Source: Candidatus Binatia bacterium (lineage in GTDB: Bacteria > Desulfobacterota > Binatia > UBA1149 > CAITLU01). From it: DNA of 42,600 bases. The stretch spans positions 1 to 42,600 of the forward strand of contig JBHEOD010000012.1 in NCBI GenBank assembly GCA_046261745.1. Reading direction: 5' to 3'. The notes beneath the pieces were generated by a model, which had not been told where the DNA came from, ran no database searches, and saw nothing but the letters and a program-made list of their open reading frames with translations. Both the position numbers and the translations under genes were made by a program. This document shows positions 1 to 13,859 of this stretch, one piece after another. Position 1 is the stretch's first letter; each line of letters begins with the position of its first letter.

Positions 1-81
1 GCCATGGAGGCCGCGATGGTGGTGGTGCCTGCCATGCTCGCGGGAATGCTGCTGCACGACCGCTGGTTCGCCGTGCGCTGA
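1..81 (+). CDS. 3' end of a CDS that begins upstream of the window (hydrophobic C-terminus, family unknown)
   Basis: Frame 1 is open from base 1 to TGA at 79-81 (…AMEAAMVVVPAMLAGMLLHDRWFAVR*). Codons are GC3-rich. Confidence 0.3.
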   Translation, partial: AMEAAMVVVPAMLAGMLLHDRWFAVR

Positions 82-167
82 GCGCGGCATCGGGCGGGAT
101 GTTCATGCCTTCAGAGTCATTGGATTCTCTTCCCGGCTGCGCAGTCGTGCAGTAGGATGCCCCGGCG

Positions 168-743
168 ATGTCGACCACAGCGACCGACGCGGGATTTGAC
201 GTGAACGGGTACTTCGCACTGATCGAGTGCGGAACGATTTCGCCGGACGACAGGGTGGAGCTCCTCGAGGGCCAGATCGTGTCGATGGCTCCCCCGTCGC
301 CGCTCCATGACGCGGTCGTCTACCACATCCAGCAGCTTCTGGCCTCGCGACTGCCGCCCGGAACGCTCGTGCGCCCCCAAATGACGTTTCTTGCCGGGCC
401 GAAGAGTGTCCCCGAGCCCGACGTTGCGATCGTTCCGGGGCGCAACACCGATTACCTGCGGCGCCACCCGTCGAAGGTGCACCTGCTCGTGGAGGTGGCC
501 GACAGCTCCCTCGTCCAGGATCGTCTGACCAAGAGCGCCATCTATGCGCGTGCCGGCGTGCCCGCCTTCTGGATCGTGAACCTGCGCGATAGCAGCGTTG
601 AGTGCTTCACGGAACCTGACCAGGTCGGTCGCCGCTACGGGAAGACGATGCGCGCCATGGGGTCGACCACGCTGGTGCTGCCGGCCTATCCCGACGTTGT
701 GATCGAGGCGGCGCAGCTGTTTCCTTTCGACACTGACGAATAG
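168..743 (+). CDS. Uma2-family (DUF820) PD-(D/E)xK endonuclease
   Basis: 191-aa ORF. The layout is typical of Uma2 proteins: 'ELLEGQIV.MAP', 'PEPDVAIV', 'LLVEV.DSS...D...K...YA..GVP.FWIVN'. Confidence 0.8.
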   Translation: MSTTATDAGFDVNGYFALIECGTISPDDRVELLEGQIVSMAPPSPLHDAVVYHIQQLLASRLPPGTLVRPQMTFLAGPKSVPEPDVAIVPGRNTDYLRRHPSKVHLLVEVADSSLVQDRLTKSAIYARAGVPAFWIVNLRDSSVECFTEPDQVGRRYGKTMRAMGSTTLVLPAYPDVVIEAAQLFPFDTDE

Positions 744-771
744 GCAGTCTTTCCGAAAAGCCGCGGAACTC

Positions 772-3114
<2,343 letters not shown>

Positions 3115-3888
3115 CTATTTACCGCGAAAGGTGGGTTCGCGCTTCTCGAGAAAGGCCGCGATGGCTTCGCGCGTGTCCTTCGACGCGACGTTGACCGACT
3201 GGGCCATGGCTTCCGCGTCGAGGGCTTCGCTGAGCGTCACGGAGAACGCATTGGTGAGCATGCGCTTGCTCATTGCGAGCGCCAGCGGCGGACCGGCGGC
3301 GAGGCGCCTCGCCCAGTCGTCCACGAACGCATCGAGTTGGGCATGCGCGACGACGCGATTGACGAGTCCGATGCGCTCGGCCTCCGTCGCGTCGATGATG
3401 TCGGCGAGCAGCGCGAGCTCCTTCGCCTTGTGCAGTCCGATCAGGCGCGGCAGCAGCCACGAGCCGCCGAGGTCAAGACTGAGGCCGCGCTTCGCAAAGA
3501 TCTCCGCGAAGCGCGCGCGGTCGGATGCGACGATGAGGTCACAGCCGAGAGCGATGTTGAGGCCGGCGCCGGCAGCCACGCCGTTCACCTTCGCGATGAC
3601 GGGCTTCGGGATGGCGTGGAGCGCCAGGCCCACGCGGTTGAAGTGGTGCATGCGCTGGAGCTGGTGACGGTCGGCTTCGGCCTCGCCCGCGAGGTCGGCA
3701 CCGCTCGAGAACGCATCGCCGGCGCCGGTCAGTACCAGCACGCGGTCGGCGGTGCTCTCGCCGACTTCCGCGAAGACCTCGAGCAGCTCGTCCCACATAC
3801 GCGCGTTGATCGCGTTCTTCTTCGCGGGACGGTTGAGCGTGACGGTGACGATGCCGTCTTCGCGGCGCTCGACGATCAGGGTGTCCAA
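3115..3888 (-). CDS. Enoyl-CoA hydratase/isomerase (crotonase) family protein
   Basis: 257 aa. Has 'VLVLTGAGDAFSSGADL' and 'KPVIAKVNGVAAGAGLNIALGCDL'. GAGGAG lies 6 nt before the ATG. Its stop abuts the copA start with 0 nt between them. Confidence 0.9.
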   Translation of the reverse strand: MDTLIVERREDGIVTVTLNRPAKKNAINARMWDELLEVFAEVGESTADRVLVLTGAGDAFSSGADLAGEAEADRHQLQRMHHFNRVGLALHAIPKPVIAKVNGVAAGAGLNIALGCDLIVASDRARFAEIFAKRGLSLDLGGSWLLPRLIGLHKAKELALLADIIDATEAERIGLVNRVVAHAQLDAFVDDWARRLAAGPPLALAMSKRMLTNAFSVTLSEALDAEAMAQSVNVASKDTREAIAAFLEKREPTFRGK

Positions 3889-3921
3889 AGTCGTGCTCCT
3901 CGGCGAGGGGTTGGTTGAGTG

Positions 3922-3954
3922 CCTGACGTCCGCCTTGGTAGGGCGGACGTCAGG
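3922..3954 (-). terminator. Perfect 13-bp stem / 7-nt loop hairpin between the FKBP gene and the crotonase gene
   Basis: cctgacgtccgcc-ttggtag-ggcggacgtcagg. It lies downstream of the FKBP stop (4084) and upstream of the crotonase start (3888). No U-tract follows it. Confidence 0.35.
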
Positions 3955-4083
3955 GCTGTCATTGCTCGCGGCGACGTGGCTCGGGCGCGGCGCCGAGGCT
4001 TGCCCCGTTTAGGCTATTCTGATCGTCGCGCTGCGCGCTCCTACTTGGAGGAACTGGTCTCGCTCCTCGCCAGCTCGGAGCTT

Positions 4084-4554
4084 CTAGTTGATCTTGATCA
4101 GCTCGACTTCGAATACGAGGGTGGAGTTGGGCGGGATCTTGCCGCCGGCTCCGCGCTCGCCGTAGGCGAGGTCCGGCGGGATGGTGAACTTGTACTTCGA
4201 GCCGAGCGGCATCAGCTGCACACCCTCGGTCCATCCCGGGATCACGCGGTTGAGAGGGAAGGTGGCCGGCTGGCCGCGATCGACGGAACTGTCGAAGACC
4301 GTGCCGTCCATCAGCGTGCCGTGGTAGTGCACGGTCACGTTGTCGGTGGCCGACGGCTTGGCGCCGCTTCCTTCCTTCAGAACTTCGTATTTCAAGCCGC
4401 TGGCGGTGGTCGTCACCTTTCCGGTCTCCTTGCCGGCCTCGGCGGCCGGCGCGGCTTTGGCAGCCGGTTCGTCCGGCTTGCCGCCTTGGGCGCAGGCCGT
4501 GAGGGTGGATGTGAGGGCGAAGGCGAGGGTTGCCGTCGTCAGAAGGGTCTTCAT
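4084..4554 (-). CDS. FKBP-type peptidyl-prolyl cis-trans isomerase, lipoprotein
   Basis: Start re-picked at [21 protein letters not shown] (signal peptide plus lipobox L-T-A-C). FKBP core: '[18 protein letters not shown]...[16 protein letters not shown]...[23 protein letters not shown]'. Confidence 0.88.
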   Translation of the reverse strand: MKTLLTTATLAFALTSTLTACAQGGKPDEPAAKAAPAAEAGKETGKVTTTASGLKYEVLKEGSGAKPSATDNVTVHYHGTLMDGTVFDSSVDRGQPATFPLNRVIPGWTEGVQLMPLGSKYKFTIPPDLAYGERGAGGKIPPNSTLVFEVELIKIN

Positions 4555-4793
4555 TGGTCGCACTCCTGTTGTGCTCCGGGTCGATTGGAGACCGGGAGTC
4601 TTGTCAAAGATCCTGAGCAAAACCCACTCCCCATGGCCCGTTTGCCCGCCCGACCCTGTCGGCCGCCATCGAACCGGCCCGGGATGCTCCCAACGCTCCG
4701 ATGACGCATTGCGTTTGCGGCGTGCAGCGCCTATGGTCCCGTGGCTTTACTCTTTTAGGGCCCCTCTCTTGGCGCCCAAGGCCGAACCCAATC

Positions 4794-6617
<1,824 letters not shown>

Positions 6618-6647
6618 CCGACACGATCGCAAGCCGGTAATCGTGCG

Positions 6648-8144
6648 TCAGGCACTCACCGGCTCTGCCTTACCAAAGAGCTTTCTCAGCACGTCGATGT
6701 TGCTCGGCCGTGCAAGCGCCCAGACGCGGTCGCCCGGCGTGAACGCCGTATCCCCCTTTGGAATGAGATAGCGCCCACCCCTTTCGAGACTCGTGAGGAG
6801 GACTCCGGAAGGCAGGGCAAGGTCCACTACCCGGGTGCCCTTCGCGGCCGCACTGTTTCCCACCTCCATCTCGATGGTCACGAAGCCCTCGGGCAGAAGC
6901 ATGCCTGCAAGATGATCGTGTGCGGGCTCCTCGCGAAGTGGAACGATGCGTCCCAGTTTCACCGCCACCCACGGAATGGTGATTCCCTGCACGATCACCG
7001 AAAGCAGGACCACGAAGAAAACGAGGTTGAACAGATACTCCGAATTCGGAAAGCCGACGCTCCACGGAAGAGTGGCCAGGATAATGGGCGCAACGCCCCT
7101 GAGTCCCACCCACGAGACGAACAAGCGGTCCTTTCTCTCCAGGGTGGATGATCCCGGAGTGGCCAGGAAGACACTCAAGGGACGTGCGACGAACATCATG
7201 AAGCTGGAAAGAAGAATTCCTTCCTTCCAGACCGGGAGAAGATGGGACGGGGTGGAGAGAAGTCCGAGCGTCAGAAACACCAGGATCTGGGCGAGCCACG
7301 CGACTCCGTCATGAAATCGCTTGACGCTTCCTTTGTGGAGAAGCTCCGAGTTGCCGAGGAAGAGCCCGGCAATATAGACGGCAAGAAATCCGCTTCCACC
7401 AAGCGCCGAGGTGCCCGCGAAGAGGAAGATCACGAGTCCGAGGAGAAGTACGCTGTAGAGCCCCTCGTATTCGATCCCCGCGTGGTTGATCAGCCAGCGG
7501 AAGGCGTGGCCGCCGATCCATCCCAAGGCGAGGCCCAGCCCCCACTGCATGCCAAAGAGTGAGACGAAAGAGAAGACGTCCGTTGCCTGACCTGTCGCGT
7601 AGGCCAGCACACCCACGGTGAGGAAGATCGCCATGGGGTCGTTGCTGCCCGCTTCGAATTCCAGGGTGTCCTTGAGCCGGCCTTTGAGCGAAAGACTCCT
7701 CGCCCGGAGAATGCTGAACACCGCAGCGGCATCGGTGGACGAAACGATTGCTCCGAGAAGCAGCGCCTCGACCCACGAGCGACCCAAAACGACATTCGCG
7801 AAAACGGCCGTTGCCACTGCCGTGATGAGCGTCGCCAGCACGGAAAGTGAAAGCCCGACCGGCAGAATGGGACGCACGTTGTTCCATGACGTGCGCATGC
7901 CGCCGTCGAAGATGATGAACGTGAGGCAAACGCTGCCGACGGCGAACGACAGCGAGTAGTTGGTGAAATCGATTCCTCCCGGGCCTTCCACCCCGGCCAG
8001 CATGCCGATCCCGAGGAACAGGAGAAGGGAGGGGACTCCGAGGGCGGAGGAGATGCGATTGGTCAGGACCGAAAAAACCAGCAGGAACGAAGTGGAGAGC
8101 AGGAGGAACTCCAGCGAGTGGCCTTCGAACCGGAAGCCCTGCAT
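6648..8144 (-). CDS. K+/H+ (cation:proton) antiporter, CPA1 NhaP2/CvrA type, with a C-terminal TrkA-C domain
   Basis: Polytopic membrane protein with the 'AIVSSTDAAAVFSIL' exchanger signature. The C-terminal 'RVVDLALPSGVLLTSLERGGRYLIPKGDTAFTPGDRVWAL' is TrkA-C-like. Start re-picked at MQGFRFEGHS, 5 nt after the USP stop. Confidence 0.88.
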   Translation of the reverse strand: MQGFRFEGHSLEFLLLSTSFLLVFSVLTNRISSALGVPSLLLFLGIGMLAGVEGPGGIDFTNYSLSFAVGSVCLTFIIFDGGMRTSWNNVRPILPVGLSLSVLATLITAVATAVFANVVLGRSWVEALLLGAIVSSTDAAAVFSILRARSLSLKGRLKDTLEFEAGSNDPMAIFLTVGVLAYATGQATDVFSFVSLFGMQWGLGLALGWIGGHAFRWLINHAGIEYEGLYSVLLLGLVIFLFAGTSALGGSGFLAVYIAGLFLGNSELLHKGSVKRFHDGVAWLAQILVFLTLGLLSTPSHLLPVWKEGILLSSFMMFVARPLSVFLATPGSSTLERKDRLFVSWVGLRGVAPIILATLPWSVGFPNSEYLFNLVFFVVLLSVIVQGITIPWVAVKLGRIVPLREEPAHDHLAGMLLPEGFVTIEMEVGNSAAAKGTRVVDLALPSGVLLTSLERGGRYLIPKGDTAFTPGDRVWALARPSNIDVLRKLFGKAEPVSA

Positions 8145-8149
8145 CACCC

Positions 8150-9073
8150 CTACTCCATCCTTACGGCCAGGAAGGGCCGTTTCGTAAGCGAAAGAATGTG
8201 ACGCCCGGTCGATCCCAGAAGGAGCTTTCTCGCACGAGAACGAGGAGCCGCCGTCGTGACGGTCATCCACGCCTTCTTCTCCTCTGCGAAATCTACGACC
8301 GTGTGCGCGACGGACCTGGATTCCTTCAGGATTGTCGTCGTCGAGCTGACCCCTTGTTCCTTCAAGGCCGCCTGGATCCGCGCAAGGACCCTGAAAGCTT
8401 CAGGCTCGGTCTTTCGCTGCTTGAGCGATTCGAGGAAAGTTCCTCTCGCCGGGTCCACATACACGAGGTCCACATTCGCCGAAGCCGATTTTGCCGTCTT
8501 CGCCAGGAAGCGAATGGAGAGAGCGGACGGTGGCACTGCCGCGTCCACCGCTACAACGAAGCGGACCGAACGGGAAAAGTCGGACTCGCTTATCTGCGGC
8601 TTGATGATGAGGACAGGCAGCGTGGCGGTAAGGCTGGCGGTTTCGGAAAAACTTCCGAGGAACCAATAGGGAAGGCCCCTTCGGTCGCTGCTCGCCATTA
8701 CGAGCGCATCCACGCCAAGGCGGCGACCGTAGCGCGACAACTGTGCTACGTGATCTTCTTTCGCCGGCGAGTCGGATTGAAGAACCCGGGCGCCTTCGAA
8801 GTTGAAGCGTCCTTCGCTGGAACTCGTGATTCTCCCCAGGGCCTCGTGAGCGAAACGCCCCTTCGTCGCCCGGTAGAACTGGGTGGGCATCGCATAGAGC
8901 GAGGCATGGGTCACCGATACGAGGGAGATCTCCGGAAAAAGACCCCTCTTCTGGAAAAGTTGCACGACACGGCAAAAATGTTCGAAGTTCCATCCCTTGC
9001 AGGAGGTATGATCGAGCGCCACGAGTGCCTTCTTCATGGCCGGGACGCTATCGAGAAACTCCGGTGCCTTCAA
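8150..9073 (-). CDS. Universal stress protein with two tandem UspA domains
   Basis: 307 aa with two repeats of the Usp fold ('ALVMASSDRRGLPYWFLGSFSE', 'MTVTTAAPRSRARKLLLGSTGRHIL'). An alternative start is at 9037 (MKKALVALD). Confidence 0.85.
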   Translation of the reverse strand: MKAPEFLDSVPAMKKALVALDHTSCKGWNFEHFCRVVQLFQKRGLFPEISLVSVTHASLYAMPTQFYRATKGRFAHEALGRITSSSEGRFNFEGARVLQSDSPAKEDHVAQLSRYGRRLGVDALVMASSDRRGLPYWFLGSFSETASLTATLPVLIIKPQISESDFSRSVRFVVAVDAAVPPSALSIRFLAKTAKSASANVDLVYVDPARGTFLESLKQRKTEPEAFRVLARIQAALKEQGVSSTTTILKESRSVAHTVVDFAEEKKAWMTVTTAAPRSRARKLLLGSTGRHILSLTKRPFLAVRME

Positions 9074-9149
9074 TCACTTGTAGCGTTCGCACGTGGGACC
9101 GCATCGCGAATTCGCCGGTCTCTGCGAGCCGCGCCGCGAACGATCGCGA

Positions 9150-10286
9150 TCAGCTTCGTACGCCCGGCCGCGGGCCGTGGAACTGGTAGTACGTGCACTC
9201 GATCTGCGCATTGTAGAGCTTGCGGCGGCGATCGGCACGGCGCCCGACGATGCGCTCGAAGTCGCGCCACGAAGTGAGCACGAAGAACGACCACGTCGGC
9301 AAGTTGCGGAAGGTCTCACCCATCGTTTCATAGAGCCGGCGCACGTCGGAGTCGTCGTCGAGGCGTACGCCGTAGGGCGGATTGGTCACGATGCAGCCGA
9401 ATTCCCGGCTGGACGAGAGTTCCGAGAACGGCAGTCTCTGAAAATGAATGTCGGCGGCGACGCCCGCACGATGCGCGTGGCGGCGGGCCAGCGATAGCGC
9501 GGCTTCGTCAATGTCGGTTGCAAGGATGCGCTCGCCAAGGTCGGGTAGCTCGAGGTCGCGCGCCTCTTCGTGCGCGCGTGTCCAGATGTCCTCATCGAGC
9601 ACCGGCCAGTCTTCGGCCGCGAACGTGCGCGAAAGCCCCGGCGCGAGGTTGCGCCCGGCCATCGCCGCTTCGATCGCGATGGTGCCGCTGCCGCAGAACG
9701 GATCGACGAGCGGCTTGCCGCGCTTCCAGAACGAAAGATCGACGAGGCCGGCAGCCAGTGTCTCGCGGAGCGGTGCGGCACCGACGAGATCGCGATAGCC
9801 GCGCTTGTGAAGCCCGGGTCCGCTGGTGTCGAGCAGCAGCGTCGCGCTGTCCTTCAGGATTGCGATCTCGACCGCCACTTCGGGGCCTGATTCCGGCAGG
9901 TGGGTGACGCCGTGCGCGCGCATCAGCCTCTCGACCATCGCTTTCTTCACGGTGCGTTGCACGGCCGGCACGCTGGACAGCGTGCTCTTCACGGAGCGGC
10001 CCGTGACCGGGAACGCGTCCTCGGGCCCGATCCACTCTTCCCACGCAACCTCTCCGACGGCCTCGTAGAGAGCGTCGAAATCGGCCGCCACGAACGTGGC
10101 CACGCGCACGAATACCCGGTCGGCGCATCGCAGTCGCAAGTTCGTTCGCGCGATTGCGTTCCCGTCGCCGGCGAAGTCGATGCGGCCGGTCTGATCCGAT
10201 CGCGCCTTGTAGCCGAGGGCCTCGAGCTCGCGGACGACGACGGCTTCAAGGCCGAAGGTGGAAGTGGCGACGAGGTCGAGAAGCAT
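9150..10286 (-). CDS. THUMP-domain class I SAM-dependent RNA methyltransferase (RlmL N-terminal / YpsC-like)
   Basis: 378 aa. N-terminal THUMP region; SAM motif I 'DPFCGSGTIAIEA'; motif IV 'NPPYG'. Confidence 0.88.
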   Translation of the reverse strand: MLLDLVATSTFGLEAVVVRELEALGYKARSDQTGRIDFAGDGNAIARTNLRLRCADRVFVRVATFVAADFDALYEAVGEVAWEEWIGPEDAFPVTGRSVKSTLSSVPAVQRTVKKAMVERLMRAHGVTHLPESGPEVAVEIAILKDSATLLLDTSGPGLHKRGYRDLVGAAPLRETLAAGLVDLSFWKRGKPLVDPFCGSGTIAIEAAMAGRNLAPGLSRTFAAEDWPVLDEDIWTRAHEEARDLELPDLGERILATDIDEAALSLARRHAHRAGVAADIHFQRLPFSELSSSREFGCIVTNPPYGVRLDDDSDVRRLYETMGETFRNLPTWSFFVLTSWRDFERIVGRRADRRRKLYNAQIECTYYQFHGPRPGVRS

Positions 10287-10489
10287 GGTCGCGCGTTATG
10301 GACCCTGCGGCGCGCGGGCGCCAAGGCCAGCGGGGAGGCAGGCGGCCGCCGCGCGATGTGGCCACGGCGCGCCCCGCCTGAGGATCACGGGCGAGCCGCA
10401 TCACAGCCAGCGGCGCGGGCCTCGTGTTCGAATCCTCGCAGCGATACGGTCGATGGGACGCGGGACATCCGCGCCTGGAGAAGAACCCG

Positions 10490-11494
10490 ATGAAGATCGC
10501 GATGGTGGGTCTCGGAAAAATGGGAGCGAACATGAGCCGCCGCCTGATGGCGGGCGGCCATCAGGTGGTTGGGGTCGATCACAACCCGGAGGCCGTTGCG
10601 GAACTTGCAGCCGAGGGAGCCGCAGCTTCGTCCAGCCTCACGGATGCGGTCGCGAGACTCGAAGCGCCACGCATTGTCTGGGTGATGGTGCCCGCCGGCG
10701 TTGCCACCGAGTCGGTGTTCGGCGCGCTGGCCGATCTGCTGTCTCCGGGCGACATCGCGATCGACGGTGGCAATTCCCACTTCAAGGACGACATCCGCCG
10801 CGCCGCCAGGCTCGCGGAGAAGGACATCCGTTACGTGGACGTTGGCACGAGCGGCGGGGTGTGGGGACTCGAGCGCGGCTACTGCCTGATGGTCGGCGCC
10901 GCCGACGAGGTCTTCGCCGTGATCGAACCCATCCTGCGCACGCTCGCGCCCGGCGGTTCGGGCGTGCCGCCGTCGCCTAATCGCGAGGGTCGCGGCGGTA
11001 CGGCTGAAGAAGGCTTTCTGCACTGCGGCGGCGTCGGCGCCGGCCACTTCGTGAAGATGATCCACAACGGCATCGAGTACGGACTGATGCAGGCCTACGC
11101 CGAGGGCTTCGACATCCTCAAAGGCGCGGCCACCGTGCCGGAACTTGCCGGCTACCGCTACGACTTCAACATGGCGGATATCGCCGAGGTGTGGCGCCGC
11201 GGCTCCGTCGTCACGTCGTGGCTGCTCGACCTCACCGCCGATGCATTGGCGAAAAGCCCGCAGCTCTCGGACTTTTCCGGCCACGTCTCGGATTCGGGCG
11301 AGGGCCGCTGGACAGTGGACACAGCCGTCGAGCAGGCGGTGCCGGCCAACGTGCTGACGGCCTCGCTGTTCGCGCGCTTTCGCTCTCGCCAGGACAGCAC
11401 CTTCGCCGACAAGGTTCTCTCGGCCATGCGCATGGGCTTTGGCGGTCATGTCGAACCGCCGATAGTGGTCGTGCCGAAGGCGCCCGGAAAGTGA
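10490..11494 (+). CDS. gnd: 6-phosphogluconate dehydrogenase, decarboxylating, short (YqeC-like) form
   Basis: Start at [19 protein letters not shown] (Rossmann fold). Also 'GGNSHFKDD', '[12 protein letters not shown]', '[16 protein letters not shown]'. Confidence 0.88.
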   Translation: MKIAMVGLGKMGANMSRRLMAGGHQVVGVDHNPEAVAELAAEGAAASSSLTDAVARLEAPRIVWVMVPAGVATESVFGALADLLSPGDIAIDGGNSHFKDDIRRAARLAEKDIRYVDVGTSGGVWGLERGYCLMVGAADEVFAVIEPILRTLAPGGSGVPPSPNREGRGGTAEEGFLHCGGVGAGHFVKMIHNGIEYGLMQAYAEGFDILKGAATVPELAGYRYDFNMADIAEVWRRGSVVTSWLLDLTADALAKSPQLSDFSGHVSDSGEGRWTVDTAVEQAVPANVLTASLFARFRSRQDSTFADKVLSAMRMGFGGHVEPPIVVVPKAPGK

Positions 11495-11502
11495 AAGTCA
11501 CG

Positions 11503-13020
11503 ATGCAAAGCAACCCCTGCGACGAAGACGGCATTCGCGCTGCGGGTCCCTGCGTGCTCGTGCTGTTCGGCGCGTCCGGCGACCTGACCAAGCGCAAGCT
11601 CATCCCCGCGCTCTACAACCTCGTGCGCGAGAAACTGCTGCCGGAGAACTTTGCGGTCGTCGGCTTCGCTCGCCGCGACACCACCACGGAGGATTTTCGC
11701 GAGCAGACAAGGCGCAACATTGCCGAGTATGCCCCCGACGGTATCGACGAGGCGACATGGTCGTGGCTCGAGAGCCGCTTCTATTTCGTTCCGGGTTCCT
11801 TCGACGATGCGCAGGCGTATGTGCGCTTGCGCGAGCAGCTCGTCGAGGCTCAAGCCACCCACAAGACCGGCGGCAATGTGCTGTTCTACCTCGCGGCGTC
11901 GCCCGAGTACTTCGGCGTCATCGTCGAGCAGCTTTCGACCGCGGAAATGGTGAAGAACGAGAACGGCAGCTGGCGCCGCGTCGTCGTCGAGAAGCCCTTC
12001 GGTCGCGATCTTGCGTCGGCGCGCGACCTCAACAGGTTGCTGCTGCGTGTGCTCGACGAAAGGCAGATCTATCGGATCGACCACTATCTCGGGAAGGAGA
12101 CGGTGCAGAACATCCTCGTGCTGCGATTCGCCAACGGGATCTTCGAGCCGGTCTGGAACCGGCGCTATGTCGACCACGTGCAGATTACCGTGGCCGAAGC
12201 GCTCGGCGTGGAGGGCCGGGGAGGCTATTACGAGGAGGCCGGCGCGCTTCGTGACATGGTGCCGAATCACGTCTTCCAGCTGATCTCGCTGATCGCACTC
12301 GAGCCGCCGATCTCGTTCGATGCCGACGCGGTGCGCGACGAGCAATCCAAGGTGTTGCGCGCGGTGCAGCCGATGGCGCCCGAGGACGTGCTGACGAGGG
12401 CGGTTCGCGGCCAGTACGGCGCCGGCCGCGTCGGTGATCGCCACATGGTGGACTACCGCCAGGAAGACCGCGTCGACTCGCTGTCGAAGACCGAGACCTT
12501 CGTCGCGATGAAGATCGAGATCGACAACTGGCGCTGGAAGGACGTGCCGTTCTACCTGCGCGTCGGCAAGGCCATGCCGGAGCGGATGACGGAGATCGTC
12601 GTGCAGTTCCGCCGCCCGCCCTTCGCGCTGTTCCGCCACACGGCCGTCTGCGACCTGCAGGCCAACCAACTCGTCATTCGCGTGCAGCCCGACGAAGGCA
12701 TTTCGCTCAGCTTCGGCGCGAAGATTCCGGGCGCCACGATGCGCATCGGCACCGTCGACATGGATTTCCAGTACGCCGAGCACTTCGGAAACGGCATCGC
12801 GACCGGCTACGAGAGGCTTCTGCACGACGCGTTCCTCGGCGACCAGACGCTGTTCCAGCGCGCCGACATGGTGGAGGCGGCGTGGGAGATCGTGACGCCG
12901 GTGCTCGACGTGTGGGGAGCGCTGGCCGCGCGCGACTTCCCGAACTATGCGGCCGGCTCCTGGGGGCCGGAGGATGCCGTCGACCTGATCGAGAGCGACG
13001 GGCGCAAGTGGCGGCAATGA
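11503..13020 (+). CDS. zwf: Glucose-6-phosphate 1-dehydrogenase
   Basis: Start at MQSNP, 8 nt after the gnd stop. 'LFGASGDLTKRKL' is the NADP site; the 'RIDHYLGKE' active-site signature is present. Confidence 0.95.
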   Translation: MQSNPCDEDGIRAAGPCVLVLFGASGDLTKRKLIPALYNLVREKLLPENFAVVGFARRDTTTEDFREQTRRNIAEYAPDGIDEATWSWLESRFYFVPGSFDDAQAYVRLREQLVEAQATHKTGGNVLFYLAASPEYFGVIVEQLSTAEMVKNENGSWRRVVVEKPFGRDLASARDLNRLLLRVLDERQIYRIDHYLGKETVQNILVLRFANGIFEPVWNRRYVDHVQITVAEALGVEGRGGYYEEAGALRDMVPNHVFQLISLIALEPPISFDADAVRDEQSKVLRAVQPMAPEDVLTRAVRGQYGAGRVGDRHMVDYRQEDRVDSLSKTETFVAMKIEIDNWRWKDVPFYLRVGKAMPERMTEIVVQFRRPPFALFRHTAVCDLQANQLVIRVQPDEGISLSFGAKIPGATMRIGTVDMDFQYAEHFGNGIATGYERLLHDAFLGDQTLFQRADMVEAAWEIVTPVLDVWGALAARDFPNYAAGSWGPEDAVDLIESDGRKWRQ

Positions 13021-13060
13021 GGTCGGCGCCAGCGCAAGCACGGCCGCAGGCACGGACGCG

Positions 13061-13798
13061 ATGAGCGCGTCGCCCCGATGGATCGTCGTAGCGGGGCCCG
13101 GTGACGTTGCGGCCGCCGCGTGCCGCCTCGTGCTCGACGCAGAACGCGAAGCCCTGGCGCGCAGCGGCACGTTTCGCATCGCGCTTTCGGGCGGATCGAC
13201 GCCGCGCCGTCTGTACGAACTGCTCTCATCGAGCGACGAGGCCACGTTCGCGAGCTGGCGCGTATTCTTCGGCGACGAACGCTGGGTTCCCGCCGACCAT
13301 CCGGACAGCAACTTTCGCATGGCGTGCGAAGCGTTGCTCGACCACGTGCCGATCCCGTCGCATCAGGTGCATCGCATCGACACGTCGTCGGGCTCTCCGG
13401 AGAAAGCCGCGTACCTCTACTCGATGACGCTGCGGCGCGGCCTCGCGCCCGATCCCGGCGAAACGCCGCGCTTCGACCTCGTGCTGCTCGGGCTCGGCTC
13501 CGACGGCCACACCGCGTCGCTGTTTCCCGGCTCGAGCGCGCTCGCGGCAGCGCCCGGCGAGATCGCGGTGGCGACTTGGGTGACGGCCCAGAGCGCCTGG
13601 CGCGTGACGCTGACTGCGCAGGTATTGTGCGCTGCTCGCGCCGTCGTGTTCCTCGTCAGCGGACGCGACAAGGCGCCGGCGCTGCGGCGCGTGCGCGAGG
13701 GCAGTGCCGGCGCGCCGCCCGCCTCGCTGGTTCGACCGACTGACGGCACGCTGACGTTCGTCGTGGACGAGGCCGCAGCGGTGCAAATAGAAGCCTGA
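13061..13798 (+). CDS. pgl: 6-phosphogluconolactonase
   Basis: 245 aa. Motifs 'IALSGGSTP', 'FFGDERWVP', 'LLGLGSDGHTASLFP'. Confidence 0.92.
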   Translation: MSASPRWIVVAGPGDVAAAACRLVLDAEREALARSGTFRIALSGGSTPRRLYELLSSSDEATFASWRVFFGDERWVPADHPDSNFRMACEALLDHVPIPSHQVHRIDTSSGSPEKAAYLYSMTLRRGLAPDPGETPRFDLVLLGLGSDGHTASLFPGSSALAAAPGEIAVATWVTAQSAWRVTLTAQVLCAARAVVFLVSGRDKAPALRRVREGSAGAPPASLVRPTDGTLTFVVDEAAAVQIEA

Positions 13799-13801
13799 AC
13801 C

Positions 13802-13859
13802 GAAATCGGGGACAGGTACGGATTTCCCGGAGCGGAAATGCGTACCTGTCCCCGATTTC
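13802..13859. terminator. 58-nt near-perfect hairpin filling the gap between convergent pgl and VOC genes; bidirectional terminator or REP-like element
   Basis: gaaatcggggacaggtacg-g-atttcc-cggagc-ggaaat-g-cgtacctgtccccgatttc. Stems of 19 + 6 bp are interrupted by a single G.G mismatch, with a 6-nt loop. Confidence 0.6.

Noticed and set aside
4088-4101. FNR/CRP-like palindrome TTGAT-CTTG-ATCAG.
   Set aside because: It lies inside the last codons of the FKBP gene (…ELIKIN*), and the symmetry is explained by the coding sequence. It is about 200 nt from the next start codon. There is no independent support.
6622-6645. Small hairpin cacgat-N12-atcgtg between the convergent helicase and antiporter genes, considered as a terminator.
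   Set aside because: The stem is only 6 bp with a 12-nt loop and no U-tract, which is too weak to call.
9104-9113. 10-bp palindrome gcgaattcgc upstream of the USP gene, considered as a regulator site.
   Set aside because: It is short and matches no known operator consensus. Palindromes of this length are expected by chance.
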